Shown in pieces: positions 59,245 through 64,000 of a DNA stretch of 64,000 nt (position 1 is the stretch's first letter; each line of letters starts with the position of its first letter). The translations under genes were made by a program, and so were the position numbers. The notes under the pieces were generated by a model. That model saw nothing but the letters and a program-made list of their open reading frames with translations. It was not told the DNA's origin and did not search any database. The stretch is from Oscillospiraceae bacterium (GTDB lineage: Bacteria > Bacillota > Clostridia > UBA1212 > UBA1255), in the NCBI GenBank assembly GCA_015069165.1, contig SVJD01000006.1, positions 2,276 to 66,275 on the forward strand, written 5' to 3'.

Positions 59245-60069
59245 ATGGGTTCTGCAGAGTGGAGTGTAGCGAGTAAGAAAAAGAGTGTTTTGTTTGATGT
59301 ACTTTTTGTTATGGACAGAGCGAACAGAATTAAATCTAAAGAGATACTACGATTTGAATATTCTCTTTTGAAAGCTGAAACAGTCGAGAAATATGATGCA
59401 ATTTATAAAGTGGCAAAGAATGAAAGCGATTTGATGGCTGCGGCGTTTCATGTTTCCCCAAAGAAGATATCCAGTAAACACGATATAATATGTGAGTATT
59501 TACTTGATAAAGCGGTGGATATGGTTTCTTTTAATGAAATGGTCAAATTTTTAGAGAAAACTACAGTGGAAGAGATTGCGTATTATATTGCAGCTACATG
59601 TTTATCTACAAAAGATAAAGAAGTAACAAGAGAAGATATCGCTGAAATAGTAAAGCAGGGAGACCAAAATGTGATTGAGGTTTTATACCATGCAGCGTTA
59701 CCGGAGAAAATCAAGATGAGTGTGTATATGATGGTTTTCAATTATGATAAATTTTTATCAGAGTTAATCTGTTATATGAAGAAACTTCATAAGTATGTTA
59801 ATAATTTATATACGGAGTATTTAGATGTTTATCAACATTCTAAAAATAATCTAGTTGACTTTATGAATGTAAAAGCTAATCGACCTTATTTGATCCGGGA
59901 TATAAAAGAAAAGATTAATGACGAAAGACCAAGGAAACACGTTATAGTATTATCTTTGATAAGGCTTGAATATGGATGGATAAAACAGTCTCAACATGTA
60001 GTATATTATAGCAGAGGTCTTTTGGCAACACAAAGAGTATTACATAGTAGCGATTTTTCGATGTTTTAA
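59245..60069 (+). CDS. Protein resembling the N-terminal domain of the neighbouring ArsR-like regulators, without HTH
   Basis: Helical pattern (EVLYHAALPEKIKMSVYMMVFNYDKFLSELICYMKKLH) parallels 56744 and 60263; ends before any HTH. RBS aaggag, ATG 59245. Confidence 0.55.
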   Translation: MGSAEWSVASKKKSVLFDVLFVMDRANRIKSKEILRFEYSLLKAETVEKYDAIYKVAKNESDLMAAAFHVSPKKISSKHDIICEYLLDKAVDMVSFNEMVKFLEKTTVEEIAYYIAATCLSTKDKEVTREDIAEIVKQGDQNVIEVLYHAALPEKIKMSVYMMVFNYDKFLSELICYMKKLHKYVNNLYTEYLDVYQHSKNNLVDFMNVKANRPYLIRDIKEKINDERPRKHVIVLSLIRLEYGWIKQSQHVVYYSRGLLATQRVLHSSDFSMF

Positions 60070-60087
60070 GGAGGTGAATAAAATAAA

Positions 60088-60204
60088 ATGAAAAAATGGA
60101 GAAATCCTTTGATGGAGACGATTACAAAAGATGAATTGGCAGACCTGGTTACCGCCGCAGGCTGCTCTGATTATTGGGAGGTATGTGTATCTTTCCATAA
60201 TTAA
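60088..60204 (+). CDS. Putative RiPP precursor peptide 1 (38 aa)
   Basis: Not in ORF track. MKKWRNPLMETITKDELADLVTAAGCSDYWEVCVSFHN; RBS aaggaggtg; homologous to 61501-61647. Confidence 0.8.
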   Translation: MKKWRNPLMETITKDELADLVTAAGCSDYWEVCVSFHN

Positions 60205-60262
60205 AAAGCTGGCGCAAGTATAAACAATTTATCTAAAATTTTAAGGAAAAGAGGAATTTATA

Positions 60263-61501
60263 ATGAGAACAAAAAGGACTATTATAAAGAGAACAAGAAA
60301 AACACCGGAAGAGCAAAAACACGTAAATCCCAACAGACTGTTTTTGAGCGAACCGGCACCGTGTTTGAATCCTGCGTTTAAGGATGAGAAATACATAGCA
60401 AGCAGAAAAATCGGCGATTACTACTATTCCATACATGTAAAACCGGCAAAACCCGAAGTTCGTGATGCAATGATATTTTTGAATTTTGCATATAATGACC
60501 GCGAAAGCCTTTATCAAGAGGTAAACGGCAAAGCGGAAGAAAGAGCGTATATGAGCATTGCCACCAAAAGGCTTCTTGCTTACGCTGATGAAAATATTGG
60601 AGCATTGAAACTTTTCTTTACACGTATAAGTGACAAGTTTCCTTTTACAGGTATTGTGATGATGCCGCAAATGTGGAGAGAAGAATTCCCGATTGATTTA
60701 TTGATGGAGCTGATTGATTCATACGATGACGAAATGCTTTTTACAACGCTTCTTGTGTATTTGCACGAGAGACAGATGATGAACAAGGATTTTGTTAAAA
60801 GAATCATTCCGAATCGTGCTCTTTTAGTAATGTATTTGGACGGTGCGATGTATGACAATCAAATAAAAACCGATTTGATGGAGTTATATGATATGTCGAG
60901 CCTTAGCGCAGAAAGCAAACCCTCTTTGAAAGAAATTTTGAAAAAGTTTATACTTGAATTCTACAGTAAATATGAGGAAGTCTTTGAATATGCAAGTAAA
61001 GCCATAAACAAAGAAGTTGCAAGAATTGAAAAAACAATAAGAAAAGAAGGAGAACTTTCCGGTGTTACAGATACTTTTGTCTTTCGCAGAGCAATTTTGC
61101 GAGGCGGAATAGAGAAAAATATTTGTATTGAGTTGTTACCTTTTTGCAGATCGAATGTTGAATATTTTGCCGGTTATCATACAGTGACCATCTGTGTGGG
61201 AAATGGAAACAGTATATTGCCGGGCTCCATAGCAGATTCAGGCAGGATTGGTGAAAAGCTAAAATTACTCACAAATGACCAGCTTTATAAAATAATGAAA
61301 AGTATTTTTGCCAAACCTACAAATTTGAATACTATTGCTGCTGAACTTGAAGTTACACCGGAGCGTGCATACAAAATTTTGGCACAGTTGGTTGAGGAAA
61401 AGTATGTTTTAAAAGAAGAGAACAATCAAATATACACTGCAAATAAGGAATATTTTACTAAGATTATTCATGTTTTAGAAAATTACGGAGGTGAGATATA
61501 A
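60263..61501 (+). CDS. Large regulator-like protein with C-terminal winged HTH
   Basis: LKLLTNDQLYKIMKSI..TNLNTIAAELEVTPERAYKILAQLVEEKYV..IYTAN; core similar to 56744. Confidence 0.7.
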   Translation: MRTKRTIIKRTRKTPEEQKHVNPNRLFLSEPAPCLNPAFKDEKYIASRKIGDYYYSIHVKPAKPEVRDAMIFLNFAYNDRESLYQEVNGKAEERAYMSIATKRLLAYADENIGALKLFFTRISDKFPFTGIVMMPQMWREEFPIDLLMELIDSYDDEMLFTTLLVYLHERQMMNKDFVKRIIPNRALLVMYLDGAMYDNQIKTDLMELYDMSSLSAESKPSLKEILKKFILEFYSKYEEVFEYASKAINKEVARIEKTIRKEGELSGVTDTFVFRRAILRGGIEKNICIELLPFCRSNVEYFAGYHTVTICVGNGNSILPGSIADSGRIGEKLKLLTNDQLYKIMKSIFAKPTNLNTIAAELEVTPERAYKILAQLVEEKYVLKEENNQIYTANKEYFTKIIHVLENYGGEI

Positions 61502-61647
61502 TGAATATTTATACAGGAAAGACAAAAAAGTGGCACGCACCTTTTATGCAAACAATGTCGCGAAATGAGGTGGACAGAGCCATTGCTTTGAGTGCGTGTT
61601 CCGGATATTATGATATTTGCGGATCAAAAAGAGCAAAAATAATTTAA
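61501..61647 (+). CDS. Putative RiPP precursor peptide 2 (48 aa)
   Basis: Not in ORF track. MNIYTGKTKKWHAPFMQTMSRNEVDRAIALSACSGYYDICGSKRAKII; RBS ggaggtg; TAATG overlap with upstream gene. Confidence 0.8.
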   Translation: MNIYTGKTKKWHAPFMQTMSRNEVDRAIALSACSGYYDICGSKRAKII

Positions 61648-61659
61648 TAAGATATTAAC

Positions 61660-61692
61660 ACAATAGCCCCGTTCAGAAAACGGGGCTGTTGT
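61660..61692. terminator. Terminator hairpin between convergent genes
   Basis: ACAATAGCCCCGTT-CAGAA-AACGGGGCTGTTGT. Confidence 0.75.
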
Positions 61693-61782
61693 ATTATATG
61701 CATATATTTTTGTGAAAGGAAGAGATTTTGACACTTATCAGAAATTTGCGAAAGCTTCTTTTCATTAAGTCAGAGTTGGGAC

Positions 61783-64000
61783 TTAATGAATAATTTCCTC
61801 TGCACAGCGTACAGCTTCCATGGCATCTTTTGCATATCTGTCTGCGCCGATTTTGTCGGCGTATTCTTTATTTAACACTGCACCGCCTACGATAATTTTG
61901 CACCAAGGCGCTTCTATTCTTAAAAGTTTGATAGTTTCTTCCATCGCCGGAACGGTTGTCGTCATAAGTGCGCTCAAACCTACCAAAGGGGCGTGCTGCT
62001 TAACAACTTCTGCGGCGATAGTTTCAGGGGGAACATCTTTTCCCAAATCTGTTACTGTAAAACCATAATTTTCCAAAAGAAGTTTTACTATATTTTTGCC
62101 TATATCGTGAATGTCTCCGTGAACGGTTGCAATTACAAAACGGCATTTTTTACTACTTTCGGCAGATTTGTCGGAATTTGCCATAACTGTTTTTATTTTC
62201 TCAAAAGCACTTTTGGCAGCCTCTGCACTCATTAAAAGTTGCGGCAAGTACACTTTCTTTTCCTCAAATCCTTTGCCCACAATATCAAGAGCAGGGATAA
62301 TGTTGTTTTGCACAATGTCAAGAGGAGCTGTTGTACTCAAAAGTTCTTCTGTGATTGTGCCGGCTTCATCTTTAAGACCTTTTATGATAGCTTGTTGTAA
62401 GCTTGATTTATTTTCCTGTTCATTTGAAGAATTACCGTTTTTGGAAGAATTTGTTATTTCTGCCTTTTTTGCAGGAGCTTCGGGGGTAAATTTACTGCAA
62501 AAATCAATGTATTCCGTACAATTTGCATCCATTGAGTGCAAAGCGCGCCATGAAAAATAAGTTTTCATCATATCGTAGGAATAAGGATTCATAATTGCGG
62601 CAGATAAACCGTTTTCCATAGCAGAGCCGAAGAAAACGCTGTTTATTGCATTTCTTTCAGGCAAACCGAAAGAAACATTTGAAACGCCCAATGATGTGTG
62701 ACAGCCAAGCTCGTAACGAATTATGCGAAGTGCTTTTAAAGTTTCCAAAGCTGCATTGCTGTCTGTACTTACTGTCATACAAAGCGGATCGAAAATAATG
62801 TCTTTTTTGCCCAAACCATATTTTGCCGCAACTTCCAGAATTTTTTTGGAGATTTCCACACGTCCTTCTGCAGTGGCGGGAATTCCGTTTTCGTCCAAAG
62901 TTAAAGCTACGATGTAGCCGCCGTATTTTTGCACAAGCGGGAAAATTTTATTCATGCTTTCTGCTTTGCCGTTTACAGAATTTATCATAGCTTTACCGTT
63001 ATAACGTCTTAAAGCAGCTTCCATAGCAATCGGGTCGGAAGTGTCGATTTGCAAAGGCAAGTTGCTGATTGCCTGTAATTCGCAAACAGTTCTTTGGAGC
63101 ATTGATGTTTCGTCAATGTCGGGAAGACCAACATTGACATCCAAAATATGCACGCCTTTTTCCTGCTGATTGATACCTTCTTTTAAAATATAATCAATAT
63201 CATTTTCTATAAGAGCTTGTTTGAAGCGTTTTTTGCCGGTGGGGTTAATACGCTCGCCGATAAGTATGGGCTCGTCTTTGAACTCCACTATATGTGTGCG
63301 GGAAGAAACGCAAGCTATATTTTTTGGTAAAATTTCCAAAGGCTGGAAATTAGGCTCAGTTGCTACTTTATTTACTAAAGAACTTATATATTTCGGTGTT
63401 GTGCCGCAACAGCCGCCTGCGATTCGAGCGCCTTTTTTCAAAGCTATTAAAACGTCTTCGGCAAAAACTTCGGGGGATACATCAAAAACAGTTTGCCCGT
63501 TTACACTTTTGGGAAGACCTGCGTTTGGCTTTAAAAGTACGGGAACTGAGGCATATTTTACATATTCTTCCACAATTGGAAGTAATGCTTTTGGTCCTAA
63601 AGAGCAATTTACACCGATAGCATCAGCGTGCATACCCTCTAAAAGAGCAACCATAGCCGCAGGAGATGCGCCTGTCATCAATTTGCCGTCTTCGCTGTAA
63701 GCATTTGAAACAAATACCGGCAAGTCGGAATTTTCTTTTGCCGCAAGTAACGCTGCTTTTGTTTCATAGCTGTCGTTCATTGTTTCTATAAAAATAAGGT
63801 CTGCGCCGTATTTGACACCGAGTTTTACGGTTTTTGCAAAAACTTCAACTGCATCTTCAAAATCTAAGTCCCCGAAAGGTTTTAAAAGTTTTCCCGTAGG
63901 GCCTATATCCAAGGCAATGAATTTTTCTTGGTTGCCAACAGAGGAAACTTTTGCCGCTTCAACATTTTTTATGGCACCAGATACAATTTCTTCTAATTCT
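61783..64000 (-). CDS. metH: Cobalamin-dependent methionine synthase (Hcy, pterin and B12-binding domains; 5' end outside window)
   Basis: GVNCSLGP, GGCCGTTP, IGERINPTG, DIHDIGKN. Frame stays open to the window end; no C-terminal AdoMet reactivation domain. Confidence 0.9.
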   Translation of the reverse strand, partial: ELEEIVSGAIKNVEAAKVSSVGNQEKFIALDIGPTGKLLKPFGDLDFEDAVEVFAKTVKLGVKYGADLIFIETMNDSYETKAALLAAKENSDLPVFVSNAYSEDGKLMTGASPAAMVALLEGMHADAIGVNCSLGPKALLPIVEEYVKYASVPVLLKPNAGLPKSVNGQTVFDVSPEVFAEDVLIALKKGARIAGGCCGTTPKYISSLVNKVATEPNFQPLEILPKNIACVSSRTHIVEFKDEPILIGERINPTGKKRFKQALIENDIDYILKEGINQQEKGVHILDVNVGLPDIDETSMLQRTVCELQAISNLPLQIDTSDPIAMEAALRRYNGKAMINSVNGKAESMNKIFPLVQKYGGYIVALTLDENGIPATAEGRVEISKKILEVAAKYGLGKKDIIFDPLCMTVSTDSNAALETLKALRIIRYELGCHTSLGVSNVSFGLPERNAINSVFFGSAMENGLSAAIMNPYSYDMMKTYFSWRALHSMDANCTEYIDFCSKFTPEAPAKKAEITNSSKNGNSSNEQENKSSLQQAIIKGLKDEAGTITEELLSTTAPLDIVQNNIIPALDIVGKGFEEKKVYLPQLLMSAEAAKSAFEKIKTVMANSDKSAESSKKCRFVIATVHGDIHDIGKNIVKLLLENYGFTVTDLGKDVPPETIAAEVVKQHAPLVGLSALMTTTVPAMEETIKLLRIEAPWCKIIVGGAVLNKEYADKIGADRYAKDAMEAVRCAEEIIH

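Overview
Replication-origin region of a low-GC Clostridia (Bacillota) chromosome. Genes left of ~8.2 kb run on the minus strand (gyrA partial, noc, rsmG, mnmG, mnmE, jag, yidC, yidD, rnpA, rpmH) and genes right of it run almost entirely on the plus strand (dnaA, oriC with DnaA boxes and DnaA-trios, dnaN, recF, remB, gyrB, parS, parA, parB, pth, mfd, PrsA-like). gyrA and parAB have swapped sides relative to the Bacillus layout. Further right lie Pro/Thr-rich surface proteins, two GH99-like lipoproteins, a probably inactive membrane-anchored PP2C, an Stn/Nfn-like three-subunit flavin/Fe-S complex, cwlD, a kinase-headed Tad-like locus, a second DnaA-box cluster, tRNA-Ser(GCT), a T-box-controlled HTH-cupin-acyl-CoA synthetase fusion, a probable 6S RNA and a partial metH. 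The best candidate for an undescribed system is 53.3-61.7 kb. It is a RiPP-like locus with a stand-alone PqqD/RRE, an HPr-kinase-like kinase, an S26-peptidase/nucleotidyltransferase fusion and a radical SAM/SPASM enzyme, and no lasso cyclase or exporter. It carries two small homologous precursor-like ORFs missing from the ORF track (KKWxxP leader; core C-S-x-Y-[WY]-[DE]-[VI]-C-x-S), each directly behind a member of a three-gene ArsR-like regulator family. All calls come from motif reading by eye; no database searches were run.
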